From: an uncultured candidate division Zixibacteria bacterium
GTDB taxonomy: Bacteria > Zixibacteria > MSB-5A5 > UBA10806 > 4484-95
DNA length: 64,000 nucleotides
Assembly: GCA_963668625.2 (NCBI GenBank)
Contig: CAXXKA010000008.1
Coordinates: 1,248,001 to 1,312,000 of the forward strand
Direction of reading: 5' to 3'
A model generated the notes under the pieces. It saw only the letters and a list, made by a program, of their open reading frames with translations. It ran no database searches and was not told the DNA's origin. Every line of letters starts with the position of its first letter. Position 1 is the first letter of the stretch. The translations under genes and the position numbers were made by a program. Of the stretch, positions 32,120-41,475 are shown in pieces.

Positions 32120-33277
32120 CTAGTTTCGATTCAGCCGTTGTGACCTTTTTATACGATTTTTAGCGTTTACATGTTCACGGTTACTCCTCGAAAATACATG
32201 CGAACCATCGCCTTTAGCAACAAAATAAAGATAGTCTACAGAGGCCGGGTTGACCGCGGCCTCCAGCGAAGCTTTACCCGGCGAGCAAATCGGGCCGGGA
32301 GGAAGGCCGTAGTATTTATATGTATTATATGGCGAGTCGATCTCAAGGTCTTTATACAGTAGTCTCTTTTTTCGCTTACCTAACGCGTAGATGACAGTCG
32401 GGTCGCATTGAAGGCGATAGCCTTTTTTCAGGCGATTGTGATATACTGCCGAGATAGTCGGCCGTTCACGGTCGAGCATCGCCTCGCCCTCTATTAACGA
32501 GGCCATGGTTATCGCCTCGTGAAAAGTCATACCCAGAGCTTTGGCTTTGGTCTCGAAATCCGGGGGAAGATTAGCCTTGAGCTGATTGGTCATCTTGGTA
32601 ATTACCGATTGCGGTGTTTCGTTATAAAAGAAATTATATGTGTCCGGGAATAGATAACCCTCGAGATTATCGGAAGTAGTGATCGAAAAGCTATCGAGTA
32701 ACTGCCTGTCGTTGCAAGCCTGCACGAACGCGTCATAGTCGAATTCCAGGTTATCGGCTAACACCTCCGCTATCTCTTTTATTTCCTGCCCCTCCAGTAC
32801 GGTGACATTAAACGGTACCGCCGCGCCACGGGTCATTATATCGAAAATATCATGCAGGCTGTATCCCGGTTCGAGACCGTACCTGCCGGCTTTAAGATCG
32901 GTAGCATGTCCCAGAATTTTCGAGAACAACATGAAATTGAACTCGGTGGATATCGCGCCCATTTTCTGAAGGTTATATGCTATATCGTAGGTCGTGTCGC
33001 CTCGTTTGACTATCAGGTATTTGGTTTGATCTCCGAATTCGGAGGTTTGACATGGCGTATAATAAGTGTATACACCGAATACGAAGATCAAAATAACACA
33101 TAAAACGGCTATTCTTACGGCGAATTTCATAACTCTGGAATATCTCCCTTTAAACAGTAATGATAGTGTAGAGGCTAGTACCACCACGATCGAGACAATA
33201 AAGCCAAGCAGGTTGGATAACCACCAGTACAGCTTATCTTTAGCCTCGAACTCGTAACCATCACCTTTTTTTACCAT
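32120..33277 (-). CDS. mltG: Endolytic transglycosylase MltG
   Basis: LEGYLFPDTY, ASLIEGE, NRL....LQCDPTV.Y, SPYNTY...GLPPGPI.SPG, YLYFVA. Confidence 0.93.
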   Translation of the reverse strand: MVKKGDGYEFEAKDKLYWWLSNLLGFIVSIVVVLASTLSLLFKGRYSRVMKFAVRIAVLCVILIFVFGVYTYYTPCQTSEFGDQTKYLIVKRGDTTYDIAYNLQKMGAISTEFNFMLFSKILGHATDLKAGRYGLEPGYSLHDIFDIMTRGAAVPFNVTVLEGQEIKEIAEVLADNLEFDYDAFVQACNDRQLLDSFSITTSDNLEGYLFPDTYNFFYNETPQSVITKMTNQLKANLPPDFETKAKALGMTFHEAITMASLIEGEAMLDRERPTISAVYHNRLKKGYRLQCDPTVIYALGKRKKRLLYKDLEIDSPYNTYKYYGLPPGPICSPGKASLEAAVNPASVDYLYFVAKGDGSHVFSRSNREHVNAKNRIKRSQRLNRN

Positions 33278-33671
33278 CTAAAAACGCCTGCAATATAATC
33301 GTGGCTGCGACTTCATCGATTCGACCCTTCTTTACCTTTCGCCCCGAGGCGTGAATCTGCCGGGCCGCCTCTACCGTGGTCAGTCGCTCATCCATGAAAT
33401 TTATGGGATGTTTAGTTTGCTCTTTAAGCGTCTCGGCTAACTTTTCGGCTTTATTAGTCATGAACCCTTTCGAGCCGTTCATGTTTAACGGTAAACCGAT
33501 AACGAACTCGCCAACTCCCTCTTTGCCGGCAATTGTCATCAGGTTTTCTACCAGCACTTTGTAACTGGTAAACTGTAAAAAACCATATCCGCTGGCCAAT
33601 GATCTCGATGGATCGGAGATGGCGATACCAACTCTGGCTGCGCCCATATCAATACCAATTACTCTACTCAT
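33261..33671 (-). CDS. ruvX: YqgF/RuvX RNase H-like pre-16S rRNA nuclease
   Basis: GIDMG..RVGIAISD, VIGLPLNMNG, DERLTT, IDEVAATIILQ. Start moved to ATG 33671. Confidence 0.92.
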   Translation of the reverse strand: MSRVIGIDMGAARVGIAISDPSRSLASGYGFLQFTSYKVLVENLMTIAGKEGVGEFVIGLPLNMNGSKGFMTNKAEKLAETLKEQTKHPINFMDERLTTVEAARQIHASGRKVKKGRIDEVAATIILQAFLDGKKR

Positions 33672-34227
33672 TTGGGTTTGGCAACTTTCCTGTTTTAAGA
33701 TATTGTTTATACTCATTAAGAGCCCTGATATGTGACTCGAAGGCGAGGTTTTTCGGTAAATCATTAAGCGAGAAAAACTTTAACTCACTGGCATCATCCC
33801 CTGCCTCCATCTTTCCGCCAATTTGTTTAACCAGATAGAGTATTAAAATCGCCCTGGTGCGGGGATCATCAGTGCCCGAGTAAACTTTAAACGAGCTGAA
33901 TACCTCTACATCCAGTCCGGTTTCCTCCTTGACCTCACGGATGGCACAATTAGCGGGGGACTCGCCCCATTCCATGAAACCGGCGGGAAAACTCCAATAT
34001 CCCTCCCGAGGAGGGTACTTTCTTTTAACCAGTAAAATTCTATCGTCCTCAACTATAAAACCGCCGGCTGCCGGTACCGGGTTTTTATAATGGATAAAAT
34101 CGCATTCGGGGCAGTGTTGGCGTGTTTTACCATCGATATGCCTGTCAACGAGTTTTGTCGAACACCAAGGGCAATACGTGTAATTTCTATCTGGAACTAA
34201 TTTATGGTCGCCATTAATTTCATTCAT
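33664..34227 (-). CDS. NUDIX hydrolase with N-terminal zinc ribbon
   Basis: YCPWC...CPEC..IHYKNP; Nudix box GFMEWGESPANCAIREVKEETGL. Confidence 0.9.
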   Translation of the reverse strand: MNEINGDHKLVPDRNYTYCPWCSTKLVDRHIDGKTRQHCPECDFIHYKNPVPAAGGFIVEDDRILLVKRKYPPREGYWSFPAGFMEWGESPANCAIREVKEETGLDVEVFSSFKVYSGTDDPRTRAILILYLVKQIGGKMEAGDDASELKFFSLNDLPKNLAFESHIRALNEYKQYLKTGKLPNPNE

Positions 34228-34299
34228 ATCAAATTGATCCCTGGTTTATCGAATTATTATCCGAAATACCATCCTGTTTTATAATCTTAACGAATTCTC

Positions 34300-34326
34300 C
34301 ATTCGGCGATATTATAAGGTATTTAA
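34300..34326 (-). promoter_or_regulatory. Putative sigma28 (FliA-type) promoter
   Basis: Minus strand TTAA-N15-GCCGAATG upstream of the NUDIX-ruvX-mltG-ogt operon. Confidence 0.35.
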
Positions 34327-34493
34327 ACGGTTTAATCAAGGTCTATCGCCACGAAGTAAAACCTAAAAATATTGTAACTTAACAGCCCGGATTTATATAC
34401 GCAGTGCCTATATATAATGCGGATACTAAATTCATAAATTCCTTTCAATCATAATATTAGTAAACAGCTTCATAATACGATTACGCACAATTT

Positions 34494-34537
34494 AGTGATC
34501 GATTTCACTTGCGGATAATGTGCGTTTTAATTATGTT
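34494..34537 (+). promoter_or_regulatory. CRP/FNR-family-like palindrome abutting a sigma70 promoter
   Basis: AGTGA-N6-TCACT (34494-34509), then TTGCGG(34509)-N17-TATGTT(34532). Confidence 0.4.
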
Positions 34538-34585
34538 AACCATGGTCTTGATAAGTACCCAATGATTTTATCAGGAAGGTGAACG

Positions 34586-35797
34586 ATGAGTGAGATGGCA
34601 AATGATATAAAAAATCTTGTTGAAAGCTGGCAGTTTTCCAGAAAAGCAATCGAACAGAAAAGTTCAATTATCCGTGAGATATTGAAAGATTCCTCCAAGC
34701 CCGGCGTTATCAATTTCGGCGGAGGACTCCCCGCCCCCGACCTGTTTCCCGTTGATTTGATTCAACAATCATGTGAATCGGTATTGAAAGAAAACGGAAC
34801 GTTGGCGCTTCAGTATTCACTTACGACCGGCGTGCAGCAACTTAAAGAAGCCATCGTGGAGCGTTACGCTAAACAGGGTGTCGAATTGACCCCGGAGGAA
34901 GTACAGATCACCGGTGGCTCTCAGCAGGGGCTGGATGTTATAGCTAGAGTGTTTTTAGAGCCCGGTGCCGTAGTACTGACCGAAACCCCTACTTACCTCG
35001 GGATGCTTCAGGCGTTTTCGTTTTATGGCGTGAAATACGTTTCAGTAGATACTGATGATAACGGTGTGATCCCTGAGGATATCGAGGCAAAGATTAAGAA
35101 GCATAGTCCTCGATTGATCTATCTCGTGTCGACATTCCAGAATCCGACCGGTATTACGATCTCCGATGAGCGGCGTATTAAGATCGTGGAGATAGCCCGG
35201 AAATATAATATTCCGATTATCGATGATAACCCTTACGGCGAGATTCGCTTCGCCGGTGAAGAGGTCAAGCCTCTCAAGTATTATGGCAAGGGTCATGTTA
35301 TCGAGTTGGGAACGTTCTCGAAACTTCTGGCGCCCGGTTTACGAGTTGCCTGGATCGTATCCAACCCGTTTGTCCAACCGATCATCGAGAGAATGAAACA
35401 GGCAATGGATCTTCACAGCGCCACCTTCAACCAGTATGTCATCGCGGACTTTATCAACAAGGGCCACCTCGAGAGACATATCGAGTTGATCAAAAAAGTA
35501 TACGGTAAAAAACGTGATTGCATGATAAAGATGCTGGAGAAGTACTTCGGTGATAAGGTTAGCTGGACCACTCCCGAGGGCGGGCTTTTCCTATGGATTA
35601 AAACTCCCGACCATCTGAGCGCCACCGAGATGTTGCCAAAAGCCATCGCCGCAAAAGTGGCATATGTCCCCGGCAAGTTTTTCTACAGCGCCGAACAGGA
35701 TGACTCGACGATGCGTTTGAATTTCTGTAATGCTACGGAGGAGAATATAGAGGAAGGGTTAAAGCGTTTAGCAAGTGTCGTTGAATCTGTAAATTAA
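34586..35797 (+). CDS. PLP-dependent class I/II aminotransferase (LysN/MocR-like subgroup)
   Basis: FGGGLPAP, ALQY, ITGGSQQGLD, FQNPTG, DDNPY, GTFSKLLAPGLR (PLP lysine), PEGGLFLW, MRLNF. Confidence 0.88.
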   Translation: MSEMANDIKNLVESWQFSRKAIEQKSSIIREILKDSSKPGVINFGGGLPAPDLFPVDLIQQSCESVLKENGTLALQYSLTTGVQQLKEAIVERYAKQGVELTPEEVQITGGSQQGLDVIARVFLEPGAVVLTETPTYLGMLQAFSFYGVKYVSVDTDDNGVIPEDIEAKIKKHSPRLIYLVSTFQNPTGITISDERRIKIVEIARKYNIPIIDDNPYGEIRFAGEEVKPLKYYGKGHVIELGTFSKLLAPGLRVAWIVSNPFVQPIIERMKQAMDLHSATFNQYVIADFINKGHLERHIELIKKVYGKKRDCMIKMLEKYFGDKVSWTTPEGGLFLWIKTPDHLSATEMLPKAIAAKVAYVPGKFFYSAEQDDSTMRLNFCNATEENIEEGLKRLASVVESVN

Positions 35798-35822
35798 CCT
35801 TTTTGTACGTTTTATCTTATTT

Positions 35823-36659
35823 ATGAAATTACCTTTCATTAAATTGGAGGGGCTGGGCAATTGTTATATTTTTGCCGAGGCTCAAAAAGTCTCCAAAATA
35901 AACCATCGCAAGCTGGCTATAGCTATATCCAGGATCTCCACCGGCATCGGCGCGGATGGGCTGATAATCGTAGATACGCGCAAGGAACCGCACCGGATGA
36001 CAATATTCAATCGGGATGGTTCGGAGGCGGAGCTTTGCGGTAACGGCCTTCGGCAAGCGGCCCTGTTCATAAGGAAATGTAATAAATCGAATAAAAAGAA
36101 ATTTATCCTGAAAACCATTACCGGAAAATTCCAGGCTGAGATTAAATCGATCAAAGGTAATAAAGCCAATGTCAGAACCTCGCTCGGTTCGCCTGATTTC
36201 TCGGCGGAGGCGATTGGTTTGAAAGCCTCTAAGGGGCTGGCGTTCGATATTGATCTGGTAATCGGTAAACGAAAAAAATATCCGGCCGATTGCGTGAGTT
36301 TCGGAAACCCTCATGCAGTAATATGGGTTAATAATTTTGATTTCGATTGGGAAACAACAGGGGCATCATTAAGCAAACATCCTATGTTTTCCGATGGTAC
36401 GAATGTACATTTTTGCCGCGTAGTAAATTCCAGGCGTTTTCAAATGATGATATATGAACGCGGATCTGGAGTAACTATGGCTTGTGGGAGCGGCGCCGCG
36501 GCCTGCTTTGCCGCCGGTGTGATGAAGAGCAAGCTTGGCCGGAATGTAGTTGCGGAAATGCCGGGGGGCAATCTCAAACTTACGTGGGACATGAGCGAGA
36601 GCCTGATTTATCAGGAGGGGCCCGTATCGATTGTCTGCGTCGGAGAATATTTCATTTGA
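35823..36659 (+). CDS. dapF: Diaminopimelate epimerase
   Basis: GLGN, GIGADG, N.DGSEAELCGNG, GNPHAV, ERGSGVTMACGSGA; both catalytic Cys present. Confidence 0.93.
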   Translation: MKLPFIKLEGLGNCYIFAEAQKVSKINHRKLAIAISRISTGIGADGLIIVDTRKEPHRMTIFNRDGSEAELCGNGLRQAALFIRKCNKSNKKKFILKTITGKFQAEIKSIKGNKANVRTSLGSPDFSAEAIGLKASKGLAFDIDLVIGKRKKYPADCVSFGNPHAVIWVNNFDFDWETTGASLSKHPMFSDGTNVHFCRVVNSRRFQMMIYERGSGVTMACGSGAAACFAAGVMKSKLGRNVVAEMPGGNLKLTWDMSESLIYQEGPVSIVCVGEYFI

Positions 36660-38368
36660 ACAGATTTAAAGAACATATAAGCCGTCAATTGGCAAAGGCA
36701 ACCTCTTTGCCGAACGCGGATTTCATGAACACTCTGGTTATTCCACCCAAGGATGATTGGGGTGATTACGGCTGGCCGTGTTTCAGCCTGGCCAAAACGA
36801 TGAGAATGGCGCCGCCCAAGATAGCCTCGGAGCTATCACAGAAAATTACTTCTGATGATTATATAGAAAATGTATCCTCGGAAGGGCCTTATATAAATTT
36901 CACACTCAGGAAAAACGTCGTCATCGATGATGTTTGCCGCAAGATATTCGCTGAGGCCGAGAACTATGGAAGTTCCGATTTGGGTAATGGTCGGAGAGTT
37001 ATACTGGAATACTCCTCGCCGAATATCGCCAAACCCATGTCAATCGGTCATCTAAGAGCAACGATACTGGGCGCCGCGCTCAAGCGAATCTATGAGTACC
37101 TGGGCTATGATGTCGTAAGCATCAACCATCTGGGCGACTGGGGCACACAGTTTGGCAAACTGGTTTTAGCCTACCGCAAATGGGCTGATCCGGAAGCGAT
37201 GAAAATCGATCCGATCAAGGAACTGTTCAGGATTTACGTCCAGCTTCACGAGGAAGCCGAACAGGATAAAACGCTAGAGGATGAGGCGCGGACTATATTC
37301 CGGAAACTGGAGCAGGGCGATCCGGAGATCAAAAAAATATGGAACGATTTTATAGATTTAAGTTGGAAAGAGTTCGACCGCATTTACGCTATATTAGGAG
37401 TCAAATTCGACTCCGTTGCCGGCGAGTCTTTCTACCAGGATAAGATAGATGATATCGTAAAGCTTTTAGAGGATAAAAAGCTTTCCACGGAAAGCCAGGG
37501 GGCGCTCATAGTGCCTCTGGATGATTACAAGCTCGAGCCTTTACTTCTGAAGAAGAAAGACGGCTCAACGCTTTATGCTACCCGTGATTTGGCGGCGGCC
37601 GTGTATCGTCATGACGAATACGATTTCGATAAGATGATATATGTTGTCGGAGTCGCCCAGTCGCTTCATTTCAAGCAATTTTTCAAAGTATTGGAACTGG
37701 CCGGTTTCGATTGGGTGAAAAATTGTCAGCATGTCGATTTTGGCTGGGTGAAGCTCGGTAGCGAAATGATGTCAACCCGGAAGGGCAATATCGTGTTCGT
37801 TCAGGATGTTTTGGACAGCTCGATTGACAAGGCAAGCCGAATCATGGCCGAAAGTAAATTCGAACTGGAAAACGCCGAGGAGATATCTAGCCAGGTTGGC
37901 ATAGGCGCGATTATATTCGCCAATCTTTCGGTAAAACGTCAAACCGATGTCTCGTTCGATTGGGAAAAAATACTGGATTTTAACGGCTACTCGGGACCGT
38001 ATCTTCAGTATGCTCATGCCCGCCTGTGCAGTGTATTGAGGAAACATAAAGGCGAGCCGCACGTAGAGGCAGACTATGGATTGTTGGATTTACCCGAGGA
38101 ATACAAACTTGCCAGGATGCTTCTTGATTACCCTGAGAAGGTTGCCGATGCAGCCGCTCATAACGAACCGTATATCATATCCGCTTATCTTCTCGAATTA
38201 GTCGGTTTGTTCTCCACTTACTATCAGAAATACAAATCCGCCAGGGATAAAATATTATCTGATGACGATAAATTAAGAGCAGCAAAAGTAAATTTAACTT
38301 ACTGCATAAAAACCGTAGTGGGATCGGGCTTGAGCCTTCTGGGGCTGAAGGCGCCCGAAAAAATGTAA
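36656..38368 (+). CDS. argS: Arginine--tRNA ligase
   Basis: EYSSPNIAKPMSIGHLR, NHLGDWGTQFG, MSTRKG, GPYLQYAHARLCS, PEKM. TTG start at 36656 behind GGAG. Confidence 0.97.
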   Translation: MNRFKEHISRQLAKATSLPNADFMNTLVIPPKDDWGDYGWPCFSLAKTMRMAPPKIASELSQKITSDDYIENVSSEGPYINFTLRKNVVIDDVCRKIFAEAENYGSSDLGNGRRVILEYSSPNIAKPMSIGHLRATILGAALKRIYEYLGYDVVSINHLGDWGTQFGKLVLAYRKWADPEAMKIDPIKELFRIYVQLHEEAEQDKTLEDEARTIFRKLEQGDPEIKKIWNDFIDLSWKEFDRIYAILGVKFDSVAGESFYQDKIDDIVKLLEDKKLSTESQGALIVPLDDYKLEPLLLKKKDGSTLYATRDLAAAVYRHDEYDFDKMIYVVGVAQSLHFKQFFKVLELAGFDWVKNCQHVDFGWVKLGSEMMSTRKGNIVFVQDVLDSSIDKASRIMAESKFELENAEEISSQVGIGAIIFANLSVKRQTDVSFDWEKILDFNGYSGPYLQYAHARLCSVLRKHKGEPHVEADYGLLDLPEEYKLARMLLDYPEKVADAAAHNEPYIISAYLLELVGLFSTYYQKYKSARDKILSDDDKLRAAKVNLTYCIKTVVGSGLSLLGLKAPEKM

Positions 38369-38409
38369 AAAAAAGAGATGGGATAAATTTTAATCAAAGT
38401 TAAGACTCT

Positions 38410-39795
38410 ATGGACAAAATAATCAAACCTGCAAAAAGAATTGTCGGCAAGATGCGTCTCCTGGGAGACAAATCAATCTCTCATCGCGCGGCGATTCTGG
38501 GGGCATTAGCTAAGGGAGACACAACGCTGGTCAATTACAGCACCAGCCAGGAATTTAAATCAACATTGCAATGTCTTACGCAACTGGGCGTAGAGATCGA
38601 ATACGTCGAGGATGCCGAACAGCCGACTCTTACCATTCACGGTAAAGGTATCGAGGGACTTCATCAGCCGGAGAGCCAGCTTGATGCCGGTAATTCGAGC
38701 GCTACAGTTCGCTTGATGATGGGGTTGGCGGCCGCCTGCCCATTCGAGGTAGAGTTCGTCGGTTCGGACCAGCTAAAATCACGCCCAATGCTTCGCGTGA
38801 TCGAGCCGCTCGAAAAGATGGGCGCTACTATCGAAAGCGATAACTACAGGGTACCGGTAAGGGTACTCGGGGGCAACCTGCAGGCGATTCGGTATATCAT
38901 GCCGCTCTCGACCTCCCAGGTCAAGGGAACTGTCTTTACAGCCGGTTTGTTTGCCGAGGGTACGACAGAGTTGATCGAAAGAATTCCCTCGCGCGACCAT
39001 TACGAGAGATTGATGGTTCAGTTGGGGATCAAATTCAAGAAAGAAAAAATACTGCCGCCGCAACCCAGGGATGACGAGGATGAACTCGAACGCCGCCTGA
39101 AAAAACTGACCAAGAACAATGTTTTAGAACCTCGTGGTGATCTGTATAAGTTGCAGGGCGGTCAGGTTCCCAAACCCGGTACGACACTGGTTATTCCCGG
39201 CGATATTTCGGCCTCGGCGCTGTTTACCTCAGCCGCCGTACTTGTCAAAGACTCCGACCTGGTAATCGATGATGTTTGTTTGAATCCGACTCGTATAGGT
39301 TATCTGGATATTCTCGATAAGATGCGAGCGGTTATCAAATTCGATGCCAGTTCACGTATGGGATACGAGCCTACCGGAACCATAATGGCTAAGTACGGGC
39401 CTCTTAAAGGTCGACGTATCGTTGGCGAGACTATTCCTACTATCATCGATGAGTTGCCGATTATGGCTATTATAGCCTCTCAGGCTCAGGGTACTACCGT
39501 CATTCGCGATGCTTTCGAGTTACGCCATAAAGAAACCGACCGTATCAAGCTGGTAGTATCTAACCTTCGCAAGATGGGCGCTCGTATCGGCGAACTGGAG
39601 GATGGCATGGCCATTGACGGTGGTTCCGAACTCGAGGGCGCTGAGATTTCCACCTATGGCGATCATCGCATAGCTATGGCTTTTGCTATTGCCGGTCTGA
39701 TTGCAAAGGGCGAGACCGTTATCAAGGATGCCGATTGCGTGACTACCTCGCATCCGTCGTTCTGGGAAGATCTCGAATCGATAGTGGAGTACTAG
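38410..39795 (+). CDS. aroA: EPSP synthase (class II-like) with atypical residues
   Basis: GDKSISHRA, RPM.R...PL..MGA, SQVK, SRDH.ER, PGDISAS, NPTR, IDELP, ELRHKETDRI, DHRIAMAF. Confidence 0.88.
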   Translation: MDKIIKPAKRIVGKMRLLGDKSISHRAAILGALAKGDTTLVNYSTSQEFKSTLQCLTQLGVEIEYVEDAEQPTLTIHGKGIEGLHQPESQLDAGNSSATVRLMMGLAAACPFEVEFVGSDQLKSRPMLRVIEPLEKMGATIESDNYRVPVRVLGGNLQAIRYIMPLSTSQVKGTVFTAGLFAEGTTELIERIPSRDHYERLMVQLGIKFKKEKILPPQPRDDEDELERRLKKLTKNNVLEPRGDLYKLQGGQVPKPGTTLVIPGDISASALFTSAAVLVKDSDLVIDDVCLNPTRIGYLDILDKMRAVIKFDASSRMGYEPTGTIMAKYGPLKGRRIVGETIPTIIDELPIMAIIASQAQGTTVIRDAFELRHKETDRIKLVVSNLRKMGARIGELEDGMAIDGGSELEGAEISTYGDHRIAMAFAIAGLIAKGETVIKDADCVTTSHPSFWEDLESIVEY

Positions 39796-39805
39796 CGAGG
39801 GCCGC

Positions 39806-40264
39806 TTGTCAAACGACACCCATGCGCCTATCATCTCATTGAAAGCCAGTTTATTCGAGGGAATAAAGCAGGGTTTCTACGCGTTCTATTCGCTTCTTAA
39901 AGTAATGATACCGGTGTATATCATTATCGCGATTATGAAAGAACTGGGGGTCGTCGAATGGATGGCGATAGTTTTTTCACCCTATATGAAATATTTCGGT
40001 TTACCCGGCGAGGCGGCGCTGGTAATCGTTTCGGGCTGGACCGTTAATCTCTATGGAGCAATTGCCGCCCTGGCGGGGCTGAGTTTCACCGCTCGCCAGG
40101 TGACGATATTGGGGATCATGTTGGGGATAACACACTCACTGGTTATGGAAACAGCTATAATAACCCGGATGAAAGGCCGACCCCTGATAGTTCTGTTGTT
40201 CAGGCTCGGGATGGGGCTAATCGCCGGTTTCGTGATGAACTTGATATTACCGTATAGACTATGA
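39806..40264 (+). CDS. Nucleoside-recognition (Gate) domain membrane protein
   Basis: Hydrophobic; P.M..FGLPGEAAL, NLYGAIA, HSLVMETA. Confidence 0.7.
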   Translation: MSNDTHAPIISLKASLFEGIKQGFYAFYSLLKVMIPVYIIIAIMKELGVVEWMAIVFSPYMKYFGLPGEAALVIVSGWTVNLYGAIAALAGLSFTARQVTILGIMLGITHSLVMETAIITRMKGRPLIVLLFRLGMGLIAGFVMNLILPYRL

Positions 40265-40701
40265 TGGAATTCACACTGTATACGGCGCTGGGTTTGACTC
40301 GACTGCTATTGTTGGTGTTTTCTATTATAATGCCGCTGATGATAGCGCTGGAGCTTTTTCGTTATTACGGCTTACTGGGCAAACTGGTAAAGATCGTAAC
40401 ACCATTGACACGCAGGTTGGGATATCAGCCCGATTCGGTTTATCCGCTTTTAGCAGGCGTGATATTCGGTATCTCATACGGTGGCGGAGTGTTGATCGGC
40501 GAGTCGCGGAAAGGTAATATTGTCGGACAGCAGGCGTTTTTAATCGCGTTGTTTTTAGCTATCTGCCATGCCGTGGTTGAGGATACGTTGTTGTTCGTTG
40601 CCCAGGGCGCTAATTGGTGGATCTTGATATCGACTCGTCTGGTTTTGGCGACTCTTCTGACGCTTGCCGGATCATTCATGTTAAAAAGAGGCTGGCTATG
40701 A
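40261..40701 (+). CDS. Nucleoside-recognition (Gate) domain membrane protein, partner of the preceding gene
   Basis: GVIFGISYGGGVL, ICHAVVEDTLLF; ATGA overlap with the preceding gene. Confidence 0.7.
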   Translation: MMEFTLYTALGLTRLLLLVFSIIMPLMIALELFRYYGLLGKLVKIVTPLTRRLGYQPDSVYPLLAGVIFGISYGGGVLIGESRKGNIVGQQAFLIALFLAICHAVVEDTLLFVAQGANWWILISTRLVLATLLTLAGSFMLKRGWL

Positions 40702-41072
40702 AAAAAACAGGCGATCTGGGCGAGGAACTTGCCGTGGCCTATCTCGAACGTAAAGGTTATCGGATTTTAAAACGCAACTGGCGGGGTGTGAAAGGAATGC
40801 GCGCACCAGAACTGGATATTATCGCTAGCGATAATGGTGTAATCGTTTTCGTCGAGGTGAAAACATCGACCACCAACAAGTTCGGTCGGCCACAGGAATG
40901 GATTACCGATATGAAAAAGAAACGTTTAGTACAGGCCGCCGAAATTTACCTGGCTACATTCGATGATAATCCGGAGGCCACGCGTTTCGATGCCGTCGTA
41001 GTGGATAAAAGCGTCGAACCGCCGGAAATAGTTCATATAGTTAATGCTTTTTCGATATCGGATATAAGCTGA
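40698..41072 (+). CDS. yraN: YraN (UPF0102) PD-(D/E)xK family protein
   Basis: G..GEELA..YL..KGY.IL.RNWR, ELDIIA, VFVEVK, RFD. Start moved to ATG 40698. Confidence 0.9.
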   Translation: MKKTGDLGEELAVAYLERKGYRILKRNWRGVKGMRAPELDIIASDNGVIVFVEVKTSTTNKFGRPQEWITDMKKKRLVQAAEIYLATFDDNPEATRFDAVVVDKSVEPPEIVHIVNAFSISDIS

Positions 41073-41082
41073 TAAATTTTCG

Positions 41083-41475
41083 TTATTTATTAAGCTTGTT
41101 CAATGTCAGTTCTTTAATCATGAAATTCAGTGAATCTTTAGGTAACTCCCTATACGCTTTTAATTGCTTTAAAATGCGCTGATATATCTCGTTTTGAAGA
41201 TCGGGGTTGGATGATATCTTATCTTTGAAATTGATGAATTCTTCTTTACTGATTCCGTTACGTTTAAATATTTCGTTTTCCGTTTTTTCTATTATTTTGC
41301 TGTTCGTATCATATTTGGATTTTACCAACACCAGATCGGTATATATATTGATAAATGTGGTTTTCTCATCCTCGGAAACACTATCCCCGAAATATGAACA
41401 GGCGCTTAACAACAAAAGCGCGATAAAAAAAGCCCCGGTTGCCCGGGGCATAATCTTACGATCCGTATATTTCAT
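41083..41475 (-). CDS. Hypothetical lipoprotein
   Basis: Lipobox LLSAC after a hydrophobic stretch; overlaps the PPIase stop. Confidence 0.6.
   Translation of the reverse strand: MKYTDRKIMPRATGAFFIALLLLSACSYFGDSVSEDEKTTFINIYTDLVLVKSKYDTNSKIIEKTENEIFKRNGISKEEFINFKDKISSNPDLQNEIYQRILKQLKAYRELPKDSLNFMIKELTLNKLNK

Noticed and set aside
36482-36655. Long N-terminal extensions in the ORF track for argS (also mraZ, mraY, ftsW, ruvX, yraN)
   Set aside because: They overlap upstream genes or promoters; downstream starts with an RBS or stop/start coupling fit the family N-termini.
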